38,114 nucleotides of DNA. Source: a virus (lineage: Duplodnaviria > Caudoviricetes). A program made the position numbers and the translations under genes. This document shows positions 1 to 10,343 of this stretch, one piece after another. Under the pieces are notes generated by a model. That model made no database searches, had not been told where the DNA came from, and saw only the letters and a program-made list of their open reading frames with translations. The stretch's first letter is position 1. Each line of letters begins with the position of its first letter. The DNA lies in IMG/VR virus record IMGVR_UViG_3300038379_000845, positions 1 to 38,114 of that record; one strand, given 5' to 3'.

Positions 1-270
1 CGGAATCGCGGTTGAGAACGATATTGCCAGCCAGGTCTCCCTCGGTGGTGAGCTGACTGTCGGCGTAGCGACGGAGCATGACGCCGCCGCGACGATCCAC
101 GTTGATGTCCACCTGGTCGTCGGAATCACGACCGAAAACGATCTTGCCAGCCAGGTCTCCCTCGGTGGCGAGCTGGCTGTCGGGATCGCCTCGGAGCACG
201 ACGTCGCCTCCGCCATTCACATCGATGTTATCCATTCAGTCGGAATCGCGACCGAAAAGGATATTGCTCA
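1..270 (+). repeat. Imperfect 120-bp tandem coding repeat (two related 60-bp halves)
   Basis: CGGAATC(G/A)CG starts at 1, 121 and 241, and GCCAGCCAGGTCTCCCTCGGTGG recurs with a 120-bp period. The same unit occurs at about 37945-38114. Confidence 0.9.
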
Positions 271-382
271 AGCGGTTTACACAAGCATCCCAGCAAGTTG
301 TAGCGGTCACTTGACGATTTCGGCAGCAGAGAGTCTATCCATTGTGGCGGTAGAATCGCTGTCTATCGGAGACTGCCCATGA
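2..382 (+). CDS. 3' part of a repeat-containing putative virion protein (continues from 37814-38114 across the window ends)
   Basis: Frame 2 is open from position 2 to TGA at 380-382 (GIAVENDIASQVSLGGELTVGVATEHDAAATIHVDVHLVV...). It has the same 40-aa repeat as the ORF running off the right end. Confidence 0.7.
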   Translation, partial: GIAVENDIASQVSLGGELTVGVATEHDAAATIHVDVHLVVGITTENDLASQVSLGGELAVGIASEHDVASAIHIDVIHSVGIATEKDIAQAVYTSIPASCSGHLTISAAESLSIVAVESLSIGDCP

Positions 383-455
383 TCGAGATCGTTGCTGGTG
401 ACACCATCGATCGTATCGTTATCATTACCATTTAATGGAAAGTAAGGAATAAGCC

Positions 456-1103
456 GTGCTGAGGCTGCCCGGTGGACACGATATCGATTTGCTCGTCAAA
501 CTCGAGCGATCGCTGTTGCCCTACGATCTGTCCGACGTGGAGGAAATCTCGGCCGCCGTGACCTCCAAGGGGGCATCACCGACGTTGCTCTGCGGCCCGT
601 ACACCTGCGATCCAGATCACCCAAGTGCCGATTGGAACCTGGGGGATGTCGTCATCCCATTTGTCGGCGCACAAACAAAAAACCTGCCGCGTGCTGTGTA
701 CCTTCTCGAAATGTCTGCGGTTGCAGCCGGGAAAAGGATTACCTTTCCACCGACTGACATCTACGTCGCACCAGCAGTAATCGACGTGGTCCGGCAGTCC
801 AAGCGAATCTTCTTCGCATCGGACGGATCGAACACAAATGTTGTCGTCGTCACACCGGCCGACGAACTGACGCTTGCCATTGACCTCTCCTTGCTGCTGG
901 CCAGCGGCGACGCATTGACCGCATTTGCTGTCACCGAACTCGATACCTCCGACCTGACGATCACAAATACCGGATTTGCCAATCACCTCGGCCTGTGCGA
1001 CGTATCAGGTTTCGTGGCCGATACGATCTACCGCTTGGCAATTCAAGCGACCGGTGATTCAGACGTACATAACCTGTCAGCTACCATCGCGTGCTATGCC
1101 TAA
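456..1103 (+). CDS. Hypothetical phage protein (possibly structural)
   Basis: 215-aa ORF with GTG start after AAGGA; its stop overlaps the HNH start. No motif confidently recognised. Confidence 0.6.
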   Translation: MLRLPGGHDIDLLVKLERSLLPYDLSDVEEISAAVTSKGASPTLLCGPYTCDPDHPSADWNLGDVVIPFVGAQTKNLPRAVYLLEMSAVAAGKRITFPPTDIYVAPAVIDVVRQSKRIFFASDGSNTNVVVVTPADELTLAIDLSLLLASGDALTAFAVTELDTSDLTITNTGFANHLGLCDVSGFVADTIYRLAIQATGDSDVHNLSATIACYA

Positions 1104-1389
1104 TCGACCGCAAACATTTCGCGCCGATCAAACCGCCGCATCGGAGACCCTGACGCGACAACAACTCGCCGCGCTCTACAAGTCCCACCGCTGGAAACAG
1201 GCCAGCCAACGCTATCGCGCTGAGCATCCATTGTGCATCAACTGTCTACAATCAGGTAAGCTAACATCCGTGATCGGACCAAACGGCGTCGTCGACCACA
1301 TCACCAATCACCGCTGTGATCCGCGATTATTCTGGGACCGAAACAATTGGCAGCCTCTGTGTCGTTCCTGCAACGCCAAAAAAAAATAG
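1096..1389 (+). CDS. HNH endonuclease (terminase-associated, HK97 gp74-like)
   Basis: HPLCINC...VVDHITNHRCDPRLFWDRNNWQPLCRSCNAKK, immediately upstream of terS. Start trimmed to ATG 1096. Confidence 0.9.
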   Translation: MPNRPQTFRADQTAASETLTRQQLAALYKSHRWKQASQRYRAEHPLCINCLQSGKLTSVIGPNGVVDHITNHRCDPRLFWDRNNWQPLCRSCNAKKK

Positions 1390-1530
1390 CGTGAGGACAA
1401 ACAAAAGCGGATGGGGCATGTCGCTTCAGAAATGTACGCGGCCGTCGAACGCTGGCCGCACGTGCGTGTTTTTTTGCGCAAATAACTTTTTTCAATGGTG
1501 GGCGGCGAGGCTGAAGCCGAGAAAGAAGAG
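1390..1530. other. Probable cos/packaging initiation region
   Basis: Non-coding gap between HNH and terS with a G-run, a GC-rich core and T-tracts. This is where cos lies in HK97-like phages; inferred from position only. Confidence 0.45.
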
Positions 1531-1962
1531 ATGCGAGGGAGAAAGCCAAAACCGACGGCGGCTTTGAAACGGGCGGGGAGGTACATCAACGCAAGGCATG
1601 GTGACCGTAGTGATGTTTTGTACAGTGGAAAGCCGCAGATGCCGCGTTCGCTGGATGCTGAGGGTAAGCGGTGCTGGAAGGTGGTGATTGAGAACACGCC
1701 GCCGAACATTCTCGCGGCGATCGATTCCCAACTGCTGCATGGGTTGTGCCGGTGGTGGTCGTTGTGGCGCCGATTCGATCGCAAGTTGTCGCGGTCATCT
1801 GATAGAGAAACGATGATTTCGGCCGCGCACGCGTGGGATAAATTCTTCCGCCTGTCACTGGAGTTTGGATTGTGTCCTGTATCTCGCGCGCGGTTGAAGT
1901 CGCCGAGCGGGGATCAACAATCAGCGGACGTATTGAGTCTGTTCACCGGCGACTCGGGATGA
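1531..1962 (+). CDS. terS: Terminase small subunit (P27-like)
   Basis: N-terminal MRGRKPKPTA and C-terminal EFGLCPVSRARL motifs; directly upstream of terL. Confidence 0.88.
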   Translation: MRGRKPKPTAALKRAGRYINARHGDRSDVLYSGKPQMPRSLDAEGKRCWKVVIENTPPNILAAIDSQLLHGLCRWWSLWRRFDRKLSRSSDRETMISAAHAWDKFFRLSLEFGLCPVSRARLKSPSGDQQSADVLSLFTGDSG

Positions 1963-3686
1963 ACCTCGCGCATTACGAGCGGGAGCTACGGCGTTATTGT
2001 GACGGCGTGGTCGACGATGTGATTCCAAGTTGCCGGTATGTGAAACTTGCCGTCCGCCGGCATCTTGACGACCTCGACCATCAACAGGAACGGGGGCTGG
2101 TGTGGGACAAATACGCGGCCGCCAGGGCTTGCGGTTTTTTCCCCGTCGCTCTGCGACATTCGAAGGGGTCGTTTGCTGGACAGCCGTTTACACTGAGCCC
2201 GTCGCAGATATTTGTCGCTTCCATGGTCTGGGGCTGGCGGAAGAAACAGACGGGGACGCGGCGCTTTTCGCGAGCGTTGGTGATGGTCGCACGCAAATGG
2301 GGCAAGTCTGAGTTCGCTGCTGGCGTTGCGCTACGCCATGCACTCTGCGATGAGCCGACCGACCCTGGCGCTGAGGTTTATCTGGCGGCGACGAAGGAAG
2401 ATCAGGTGCGCAAGACGACATTCAAACAGTGCTGCCGGATGGTCAGCAGTTCACCCGTGTTGCGCGACAGGATACAGGTCGGCATGAAGGCCCTCGTCGT
2501 GCACCAGGGCGACATGCTGCAGCCGGACTCGGCGATTTATCCAATCGGTTCGGACTCAAACACATCGGACGGATTCGATTTGTCCGCCGCCATTTTGGAC
2601 GAACTGCACGCCTGGCAAAAACACCACCATGGGTTTTACGAACGGATGACCACTGCGGGAGGATCAAGAAAACAAGAGATTGTGTGGTTCTTTACAACGG
2701 AAGGAGACGACAAATCGGTGCTGCTGCATGGGATCAAGGAGCAGGCTGTCCGGGCGCTCGAGTCCGTCGACTCGCGGCAGTTCGACAAGGATTACGTCTT
2801 TGCGTTTATCGCATCGCTTGACGAAGGGGACGACCCATTCGCGGTGCCGATCGGATCTCCGGAATTCGAAAAACTGGTGATCAAAGCCAACCCGAACTAC
2901 CCCACAACACCGCTGCCGCACTACGTCCGGCAGCTCACCAGCGAGGCCGCCGATAACCCGATCGAACGCAACAAAGTCCTGCGGTTTCTCTTCAATCGGC
3001 GTGTTTCGTCAGTTGTCCAGCCCATTGAGCCGGCCCGTTGGCAGTCCCTGGCGGCTGACGTCACGATTCCGTCAAGTGGCGTCGTGGGCGGCTTCGACGT
3101 CGGCAGGAACGACGACTTCGCGGCATGGGCCCTTGCCTGGTTGGACGACGAGGACAAGCTCTGCCTGTACTCGCACAGCTACACTTGCGAGCAGCGGGCC
3201 AAGCCGCTGGCCTCCGCAACACAGCTGTTTATCGAATCGGGTGAACTATCAGTGCATCCGGGAAACCAGGTAGATTTCTCGATATTCGAAGCCGATATCG
3301 CCGAGGCCTCGTTGAACCACAACGTGTTTCGCTGGTCATTTGACCCACACTTCGCGGCGCAGATGGCACAGCAGCTTCAGCGGCAGCTCGGCGACGAGGC
3401 CCTGGTGAAGTTCGTTCAGACGCCAGCCAACTACAATGAGGCCTGCCGGTCGCTAGTCGCTCGGTTCCGCGCGGGAACGCTCCGACCAGACAAGTCGCTC
3501 TGTATGGCCTGGCAATTTCGCAACTTGAGCTTTTGCAGAAACTCGAAAGACGAGTGGATGCCAGAAAAAGGCCTCAGTCCGGAGTATAAGATAGATGCAG
3601 CCGTGGCTTGCCTGATGGCTTATCGGCTATTGATGACGCTGCCCAAACCTCGCCGAAGCCTGCTGGAAGAAGAGATATTCGCCTGA
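1959..3686 (+). CDS. terL: Terminase large subunit
   Basis: Walker A VARKWGKS, Walker B AAILDELH, nuclease motifs GGFDVG and KIDAAVA. ATGA overlap with terS. Confidence 0.95.
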   Translation: MNLAHYERELRRYCDGVVDDVIPSCRYVKLAVRRHLDDLDHQQERGLVWDKYAAARACGFFPVALRHSKGSFAGQPFTLSPSQIFVASMVWGWRKKQTGTRRFSRALVMVARKWGKSEFAAGVALRHALCDEPTDPGAEVYLAATKEDQVRKTTFKQCCRMVSSSPVLRDRIQVGMKALVVHQGDMLQPDSAIYPIGSDSNTSDGFDLSAAILDELHAWQKHHHGFYERMTTAGGSRKQEIVWFFTTEGDDKSVLLHGIKEQAVRALESVDSRQFDKDYVFAFIASLDEGDDPFAVPIGSPEFEKLVIKANPNYPTTPLPHYVRQLTSEAADNPIERNKVLRFLFNRRVSSVVQPIEPARWQSLAADVTIPSSGVVGGFDVGRNDDFAAWALAWLDDEDKLCLYSHSYTCEQRAKPLASATQLFIESGELSVHPGNQVDFSIFEADIAEASLNHNVFRWSFDPHFAAQMAQQLQRQLGDEALVKFVQTPANYNEACRSLVARFRAGTLRPDKSLCMAWQFRNLSFCRNSKDEWMPEKGLSPEYKIDAAVACLMAYRLLMTLPKPRRSLLEEEIFA

Positions 3687-5239
3687 TGGACGTGGAATCG
3701 ACGATTGAACTGGCGGAGACGAGCGGCGTACGCGATCCGCGGCGGTGGCTGATCGACGTGTTCGGCGGCGAGGATACCGATTCCGGCGCGGTGGTGAATG
3801 GCTGGACGGTGCTAACCGACGGACCGGTGTATGCCGCGACGTCGATGATTAGCGGCGACATGGCCACAATGCCAATCGACATCTTGGAATCGCAGCCAGG
3901 CAACGACGTCAAGGACAGATCGCACCCAGCCTACCGGCTGCTCAACTTCTTTTCCGGTGATGACGTCAACGCCGTGACGTTCCGCGAAACGCTGCAGAGC
4001 CACGCCCTGATTCACGGAAACGGCCTGGCCAAAATCATTCGCAACAGGCTGGAGCAGCCCATCGCATTTGAAATCTGGGGCCCTGGCACCTATTATCCCG
4101 ATCGGGACCCGGCCGATGGCCGCATCCGGTATGTCCGCCATACACCCCGGCGGGACGTGATTTTCTCCGAGGATGCGTTTCATATTCGCGACCTCGGGAC
4201 ACCTCACTGGGGCTATTCCCGGATCGACCTGGCCAGGCAAACCGTCGGCGGAGGCCTCGCCCAGATCGGTTACGCCAATCGGACGCTGCAGAACTCCGCC
4301 ACGCCCAGCGGCGTCCTGGTGAACAAGAATCCGACTCGCGACGATTTGTCGGAGACGGGCCGCGAGCGATTGCGCGATCTGTTCTACGGTCGGCATCGCG
4401 GTTTCCTAAACGCTGGACACCTCGGCATTCTGCCCGAGGGCTGGGAATGGCTGCCGACGGCGGTGACGCACGAACAGGCGCAATTCCTGGAAAGCCGAAA
4501 ATACCACCGGGAGGAAGTGGCCCTGTGGTTCAAATTGCCACCGCACAAACTCGGGGCCCTGGAAAATAGCTCCGTCAGGTCAAATCTCGAGGAACAAAAC
4601 AAGGATTACCTGCAGCAGACTCTGCTGCCCTGGATCGTCAAATGGGAGCAAGAAATCTGGGCCAAACTGTTATCGTTCAGGCAGCGGGAACGGCAAACGC
4701 ACTACGCCAGATTCAACACCCGCGCAATCTTGCGGACAACCCTGGACAAACGGTATGCGGCCTACGCGATCGGTCGCCAGTGGGGCTGGCTCTCCGCAAA
4801 CGATGTGCTGCGACTCGAGGACAGCAACACAATCGGGGACCAGGGCGATATCTACCTCGTGCCGCTGAACATGGCCGACGCGGAGACTGGACGACCGTTC
4901 AGCAGCCAGGCCGAGGTGATGCAGGAGTTGCGGGCCTTTGCGGCCACGCAGATGCAAGCCGTGCAGCGCGAAGAGTTTCGACACGCCGCGATCAGCAATG
5001 GCGAACTAGCCGGATTCTACGAGCGGTTGGTGCCCCGCATGATTGAGCGACTGAAGCCGTTGACTCGCTGCGCTGGTTTTGTCTCGCTGGCCGAACTGGG
5101 TGAAATCTGCGAACAATACGCAAGGGAGTCCATGGCATTGCTGGACGTCGATCAAGCCGAACGGCTGGCGACGATGGCTTCCTGGCCGAACCGGGCCTAC
5201 CACTTGGTGGATGGCCTCCACAAACGGAAGGACGACTGA
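3686..5239 (+). CDS. HK97-family portal protein
   Basis: Motifs HALIHGNG, FHIR, GYSRI, QFLESRKY, FKLPPHKLG, SNLEEQ and GWLSANDVLRLED. TGATG overlap with terL. Confidence 0.95.
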   Translation: MDVESTIELAETSGVRDPRRWLIDVFGGEDTDSGAVVNGWTVLTDGPVYAATSMISGDMATMPIDILESQPGNDVKDRSHPAYRLLNFFSGDDVNAVTFRETLQSHALIHGNGLAKIIRNRLEQPIAFEIWGPGTYYPDRDPADGRIRYVRHTPRRDVIFSEDAFHIRDLGTPHWGYSRIDLARQTVGGGLAQIGYANRTLQNSATPSGVLVNKNPTRDDLSETGRERLRDLFYGRHRGFLNAGHLGILPEGWEWLPTAVTHEQAQFLESRKYHREEVALWFKLPPHKLGALENSSVRSNLEEQNKDYLQQTLLPWIVKWEQEIWAKLLSFRQRERQTHYARFNTRAILRTTLDKRYAAYAIGRQWGWLSANDVLRLEDSNTIGDQGDIYLVPLNMADAETGRPFSSQAEVMQELRAFAATQMQAVQREEFRHAAISNGELAGFYERLVPRMIERLKPLTRCAGFVSLAELGEICEQYARESMALLDVDQAERLATMASWPNRAYHLVDGLHKRKDD

Positions 5240-5241
5240 AC

Positions 5242-5964
5242 ATGCTGACACTACAGGCCGCGAACGACAACGTCACAGAACTGAGGATCTACCGTCCGAT
5301 AGGTCCGCTGGACGACATGATTTCGGTGGAAGATGTGTCGGCAGCCATTGAAGGCCACACCGGCAAGTTGCGAGTGCGGATCAATTCCTACGGCGGCGAC
5401 GCGTACGAAGGAATAGCGATTTATAACGTCCTGCGCGAGTTGGACGACGTCGATACCGTGGTGGACGGCATGGCCGGATCGGCGGCCAGCGTGATCATGA
5501 TGTCAGGCAAACGGCGGATCATGGGCAGCGCCACACAAATGATGATCCACCTCCCCCGGGCGATCGTGGCCGGCGAGAGTTCCGACCTGCGAACCGCCGC
5601 CGAGCGAATGGATAAGCTGACCGACGACGTGGCGAAAATCTACTCGGACAGCTCCTCACTCAGCGTGCAGCAGGTGATGCAGGCGATGAAACGCACGACG
5701 TACTACAAAGCCGCGGAAGCCAAAAAGCTTGGATTCGCCACTGAACTCGCACAGGGCAAATCAGCCATCGCGGCCTCGGCCAAGGACCTCGACTATTTCC
5801 GCAAACTCGGCTGGCTCGGCGAAATTCCCGACGAAATCGTGCAATCCACGCGCAGCGGTGATCGTGGACCAGCCAAACGACAACGCGCGATTGAAACGCA
5901 ACTCCTGCGAAAGCGACTCGATGCCCGACGCCGAACTGGCAAAAGTGTGGGTCGAGCGGGCTGA
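5242..5964 (+). CDS. Clp-type head maturation protease
   Basis: RINSYGGD, VDGMAGSAASVI (catalytic Ser), MMIH, EAKKLGFA; lies between portal and capsid genes. Confidence 0.93.
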   Translation: MLTLQAANDNVTELRIYRPIGPLDDMISVEDVSAAIEGHTGKLRVRINSYGGDAYEGIAIYNVLRELDDVDTVVDGMAGSAASVIMMSGKRRIMGSATQMMIHLPRAIVAGESSDLRTAAERMDKLTDDVAKIYSDSSSLSVQQVMQAMKRTTYYKAAEAKKLGFATELAQGKSAIAASAKDLDYFRKLGWLGEIPDEIVQSTRSGDRGPAKRQRAIETQLLRKRLDARRRTGKSVGRAG

Positions 5965-6268
5965 CGTCCATCGCCGGCCAGAGCCGTACCGAGTCGCCTA
6001 TCGGGCCCGCGAGCTTCGGGCGAAATCGCTTTCTATCAGCGGCCAAGTCGAATGCGTGTACAACACACAGGGAGGCTCGCCGCACTGCTATTTGCTGGTT
6101 TGCGGATCACTCACGCTTGACAAAGAGGACGGCCAGCAAATAACAATAGAGACTGCCGACGGCCCAGATTCGAAGGCCCAGTAAACGTTCGTTCAGATGT
6201 AGTTCTGAACACGGACCAATCTTTTCACTCAGTACTCAAGTACTCAGTACTCGAACTGGAGTCTCCCC

Positions 6269-7657
6269 ATGGCCGTTACCCTGGACCTGAAACAAGTGCG
6301 TGAAGAACGCGCACAACTCTTGCTCGACGCCGAGGCGATCAACATGGTCGCCAAGGAAGCTAATCGCGACTTGAGCGACGACGAAAGCGCGAAAATCCGC
6401 GAACTGCTCGAACTGTACGACAAAATGCAGTCCGACGAAGACCTGGCGGCGAAGTACGAAGCGGCCCGGGCAAAAGCGGCGGCTCGTCGTGTCGACGATC
6501 GCCTGGCCGGTCTCGATGACGACGACCATCACGACCCGCTCGATCCGCCCCAGCCGCGCAAGCGGAAGATGCCAGCCGTCGCCATGGCCCGCAATCTGCT
6601 CGCGTTCAACGACAAGTCGTTGACGGCCGAACAGAATGCGCAGAACGCGTACGACTGCGGCATGTGGTTGCGGGCCGCGATGTTTCGAGATCGGAAAGCC
6701 ATTGAACACTGCCGGGACCGTGGCATGCAGTTCGTCTACGACGAAACGTTGATGGATGCGCAGACCGTCGACGACAACACCCGCGGCGGTTTCTTGGTGC
6801 CGACGATCCTTGCCCGTACGATCCTGGACGTGCGAGACATGGTCAGCGTCGCGACCAAGGCGGCCCGGATGTATCCAATGTCCGGCGAAAACGAAAACGT
6901 GCCCAAGCGGGTGAGTGGCCTGACGGTCTACAAACCCGCGGAAGGCTCGGCGATCACCACCAGTGAGAAGATTTTCGCCCAGGTGTCGCTTTCCGCGACC
7001 GATGCGTTCACCCTCACGCAGATCAGCAACAAGCTGATCCGCGGGGCCGTATTGTCCGCGGCCGACCAGGTGGCCAACGAAATCGGCTACGCCTTCGCCG
7101 ATCAGTCTGACAACGAGTTTATCAACGGCGACGGCATGGCCGGATCGCCGTACTGGGGAATCACCGGCGTGATTACCGCGATTGGCGCCGCTGGTGAAGT
7201 TACCGCGGCAGGCAATCTATGGACCGAGATCACGGCAGCCAATATCGCGTCGCTAGTCGCCCGCTTGCCGGAACGGTTCCACCCGCGCGCCGTGTTCATT
7301 AGTTCACGATCGTTCTATCACAGCGTGATCGAACCGTTGTTGGAGAACCGCGGGGCATCTAAGGCCGAGTTGGCGAGCACCAGCCCGACGGCCTACAAGG
7401 GCTATCCGTTCTTGTTCACCGACAAGATGCCGACATCTCAGGCGAACAGCCAACACTGCTTGCTGTTTGGCTCCTTCTTCGACAGCGTGTTGTTCGGCCA
7501 GCGGGAAGAGGTCGGCATCATGTCGAGCGAGCACCGGTACTTCGAACTCGACATGCTGGCGATTCGAGGCCGCACGTCGTACGACATCAAGGTTCACGAA
7601 GCTGGGGGTGCCATGGCGGTGGGTGGCTACGTCGCATTAGTCACCGCGGCCGCGTAA
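6269..7657 (+). CDS. Major capsid protein (HK97 fold, N-terminal coiled-coil delta domain)
   Basis: GGFLVP, AEG, FINGDG and GYP motifs; 462 aa; GGAG RBS. Confidence 0.93.
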   Translation: MAVTLDLKQVREERAQLLLDAEAINMVAKEANRDLSDDESAKIRELLELYDKMQSDEDLAAKYEAARAKAAARRVDDRLAGLDDDDHHDPLDPPQPRKRKMPAVAMARNLLAFNDKSLTAEQNAQNAYDCGMWLRAAMFRDRKAIEHCRDRGMQFVYDETLMDAQTVDDNTRGGFLVPTILARTILDVRDMVSVATKAARMYPMSGENENVPKRVSGLTVYKPAEGSAITTSEKIFAQVSLSATDAFTLTQISNKLIRGAVLSAADQVANEIGYAFADQSDNEFINGDGMAGSPYWGITGVITAIGAAGEVTAAGNLWTEITAANIASLVARLPERFHPRAVFISSRSFYHSVIEPLLENRGASKAELASTSPTAYKGYPFLFTDKMPTSQANSQHCLLFGSFFDSVLFGQREEVGIMSSEHRYFELDMLAIRGRTSYDIKVHEAGGAMAVGGYVALVTAAA

Positions 7658-7679
7658 GAAGACGCCTTGTTTGTGAAAA

Positions 7680-7717
7680 GGCGGGACGTTTGGTGCGCCG
7701 GCGTCCCGCCACTTTTT
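7680..7717 (+). terminator. Rho-independent terminator after the capsid gene
   Basis: GGCGGGACG (7680-7688) pairs with CGTCCCGCC (7702-7710), followed by ACTTTTT. Confidence 0.65.
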
Positions 7718-7736
7718 CAGGAGAAAAGAAACTCGA

Positions 7737-8018
7737 ATGGCTGAACGAAACGTGAAGGTAAAATTCAATCGCACGTATTGCGGATTTCAACGCGGCTGCG
7801 TCACGATTCTGCCGGAAAGCAAGGTCCGGGAATTGAACAACCTGGAGCAGTTCGTGGCCAACCACGACGTTGCCAAACGCGTGGTGTGCGAAATCCTGGA
7901 AGAGAATCGACCCAGCGACAGTCGCGCGAAAGTCGACCCCCTCATGGTCGATAGCTGCGAAAAGCCCTCGCCGTCGCGACGCAAAGGCATGACGACCGAA
8001 AGCGGTCTAGTCCAGTAA
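7737..8018 (+). CDS. Hypothetical protein
   Basis: 93-aa ORF in the late operon with AGGAG upstream. Confidence 0.6.
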   Translation: MAERNVKVKFNRTYCGFQRGCVTILPESKVRELNNLEQFVANHDVAKRVVCEILEENRPSDSRAKVDPLMVDSCEKPSPSRRKGMTTESGLVQ

Positions 8019-8052
8019 CTCATTCAGTACTCAAATACTCGGTACTCAATGC

Positions 8053-8607
8053 ATGAAAACCGAGGTCTCCACCACCGGCCTGGTCGTGACGCTGCCCGAG
8101 GTCAAACGGGCCCTGCGTGTCACGCATGATTCGCTGGACATGGAGCTGCTGTCGCTGATCGACGCCGCGATCCGAACCGTCGAGGCCTGGTCGAACCGCA
8201 CGATCAGGCCGGAGGTAGAACGTAAAATCACGTGCAGCCGGTGGCCATCGTACCAGGTCGTGCAGTTCTTCGATCCTCCGCTGATCAGCGTGGACGCCGT
8301 GAAGTACTTCGATTCGGCCAACATCGAGCAGACGCTGGACCCGAGCAACTACCGCGTGCAAGTTTCGACGGATGGCGTGGGCCGGCTGGAATTTGACGGC
8401 GACACGTGGGACGCACCGGACTTGTACGACCGGCTGGACGCAGTGGCCTACGAATACACGAGCGGTTACGGCCTACGGTCGGCCATCCCCGTGGACTTGA
8501 AGTTGGCGGTGAAGCTGGAAGTGCAGGCCACGTTCATGTCGGACGAAGCCTCGCATCGGGCCGCCCAGGCCTTCGCCCGTCGCAACGAAGTACCCGTGTA
8601 CGCTTGA
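8053..8607 (+). CDS. Head-tail connector protein (gp6-like)
   Basis: VTLPEVKRALRV...LIDAA...E, SVDAVKYFD, YTSGYG, IPVDLKLAV. Confidence 0.88.
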   Translation: MKTEVSTTGLVVTLPEVKRALRVTHDSLDMELLSLIDAAIRTVEAWSNRTIRPEVERKITCSRWPSYQVVQFFDPPLISVDAVKYFDSANIEQTLDPSNYRVQVSTDGVGRLEFDGDTWDAPDLYDRLDAVAYEYTSGYGLRSAIPVDLKLAVKLEVQATFMSDEASHRAAQAFARRNEVPVYA

Positions 8608-8614
8608 TCAGACG

Positions 8615-8926
8615 ATGCAGATGAACATCCTGGCGGCGTTCGATCGACAGTTCGTCCATCCCGAAGACTTTGGACCGGACGTCGACACCTGGAAGGAGCA
8701 GTTCGTGGCGTTCGTCAAAATCGTGCCGCTGTCCGGTCATTACCGCATCCAGGCCCAGCAGGTCAAGGAAAGCGTCACGCACCGGATCATCACGCACTAT
8801 CGGCCCGACATCCACCCGGACATGCGTATTCGCGAACTTGACGCACCGCAACGAACGTTTCACCTCCGCAGTGTGATCGAGGATGAACGACGATCGACGG
8901 TTGAATTGCAGGCGGAATCGGTATGA
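8615..8926 (+). CDS. Head closure / head-tail adaptor protein
   Basis: THRIITHYRPDIHPDMRI motif; follows the connector gene. Confidence 0.82.
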   Translation: MQMNILAAFDRQFVHPEDFGPDVDTWKEQFVAFVKIVPLSGHYRIQAQQVKESVTHRIITHYRPDIHPDMRIRELDAPQRTFHLRSVIEDERRSTVELQAESV

Positions 8927-9447
8927 CGGCCACCATCGACTATCCGAATATCGCCTGGGGGCTGGAAAAATACCTGACCAGCGGCGAGCAACTGCTGGAT
9001 AACGTGCGGCAGCAGGCCCGCCGCTGGCTGCAGACCAGGCTCGGTAGTTTCCAACTGGGCAGTATCGCCGAAAACAACCCGGGCCCGCTGGCGATCATGC
9101 TGCGTCACGCGGGTGGCGATCCGCAATACTATATCCGGACGGAGGCCGACTGTGCCACGCGGCGGCTGCAGATCGACCTGGTGGCCACCGACGGCAACAT
9201 GATCCAGCAGGCCGCCGAGGCGCTGCGAATTGCGATCAGTGGATTCTGTTCGCTCGATCGCCAAGGCGCGACGTGGGGCGGCCTCATCGTGCGGACCTGT
9301 ATCCTCGAATCGGACTGGATTTCCATTCCCGTCGCACCGGACGACGGCAGCGAGGTATGGACGCACCGCCTCGTGTCGACCTGGAAAATCGTGTACCAGC
9401 AGACAGTTCCGGCCGCCGGACCCACCAAACTATTCACCGGTGACTGA
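8923..9447 (+). CDS. Putative tail terminator/completion protein
   Basis: RLQIDLVA motif, size and synteny. Confidence 0.6.
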   Translation: MTATIDYPNIAWGLEKYLTSGEQLLDNVRQQARRWLQTRLGSFQLGSIAENNPGPLAIMLRHAGGDPQYYIRTEADCATRRLQIDLVATDGNMIQQAAEALRIAISGFCSLDRQGATWGGLIVRTCILESDWISIPVAPDDGSEVWTHRLVSTWKIVYQQTVPAAGPTKLFTGD

Positions 9448-9450
9448 CTG

Positions 9451-9855
9451 ATGCCAAAGATCAACGTGTCCGGCGAAAAGGAACTGCTGCGGATGTTCAA
9501 ATCACTCGCTCCGAAGGAAATGAAAACCGCCACGCGGAAGGCGATTCGCGTGAGTGCCAAGGAAGTTCTGGCCGACGCCAAAGCCCTGGTTCCGACGGAC
9601 ACCGGTACACTTGAATCGGCGCTAACGGTCCGCGTGGCGACCAAGCTCGGCCGCAACCGCATCGGCAGCCGGGTGATCACGAAGGACGTATTTGACGAGG
9701 AACCGTTCTACGGCCATTTCGTCGAATTCGGTACAGTACGCATGCCGGCGCAGCCGTACCTGCGACCTGCGCTGTATCGTAACGAGGATGAAATGCGGCA
9801 GATCTTCACCCGCGAATTGCGAATCGCGATCGACCATTTGAAAAGGAAGACCTGA
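9451..9855 (+). CDS. HK97 gp10-family morphogenesis protein
   Basis: AKALVPTDTGTLESA and FYGHFVEFGTVRMPAQPYLRPA. Confidence 0.92.
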   Translation: MPKINVSGEKELLRMFKSLAPKEMKTATRKAIRVSAKEVLADAKALVPTDTGTLESALTVRVATKLGRNRIGSRVITKDVFDEEPFYGHFVEFGTVRMPAQPYLRPALYRNEDEMRQIFTRELRIAIDHLKRKT

Positions 9856-10343
9856 TGTGCCTGACGGGAACCAGCATGACGTTGTCGCTTGATTACGACG
9901 GCAATCAGGCGGCCTTTTTCGACGACCCGTGGGGCATTCCGGCCAAGGAAGTTGGTTCATGGGAACGCACCGTGGAGGTAATCAGTGCCAACCGGCTGGA
10001 CCTGGCCGTGGGCGATTACACCAAAAAGTGCTTCGCCTCGCTGATTGATCACGGGCCACTGGAAGTGATGTACGACTTCAGCGACATTGTGCTGGAGCCA
10101 AATCTGCCGCTGATGGCCGCCAAATATCCGGGGATTCTGACGATCACGTTCCAACTCATGACGGCCCTGAACACGCCGGCCACGCTGATCGGCCACGGAG
10201 GCATCATTCAGGACGGCACGCCGCCGTTTGATTCTGAGGGAAACACGCAGGCCCTGGGCACGCTGCAATGGCAGTTCGACGGCTGGACCGATTCCGACCG
10301 AGACACCAATGGACCTGTCTGGACTCCTGAAACCCCGCCGTAG
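9855..10343 (+). CDS. Putative major tail (tube) protein
   Basis: 162 aa, located between gp10 and the tail chaperone; LIDHGPLEV resembles tail-tube motifs. Confidence 0.55.
   Translation: MCLTGTSMTLSLDYDGNQAAFFDDPWGIPAKEVGSWERTVEVISANRLDLAVGDYTKKCFASLIDHGPLEVMYDFSDIVLEPNLPLMAAKYPGILTITFQLMTALNTPATLIGHGGIIQDGTPPFDSEGNTQALGTLQWQFDGWTDSDRDTNGPVWTPETPP

Noticed and set aside
6117-6147. Promoter upstream of the capsid gene (TTGACA ... TAACAAT)
   Set aside because: The -35 is perfect, but the -10 match and spacing (18-19 nt) are ambiguous, so it was not called.
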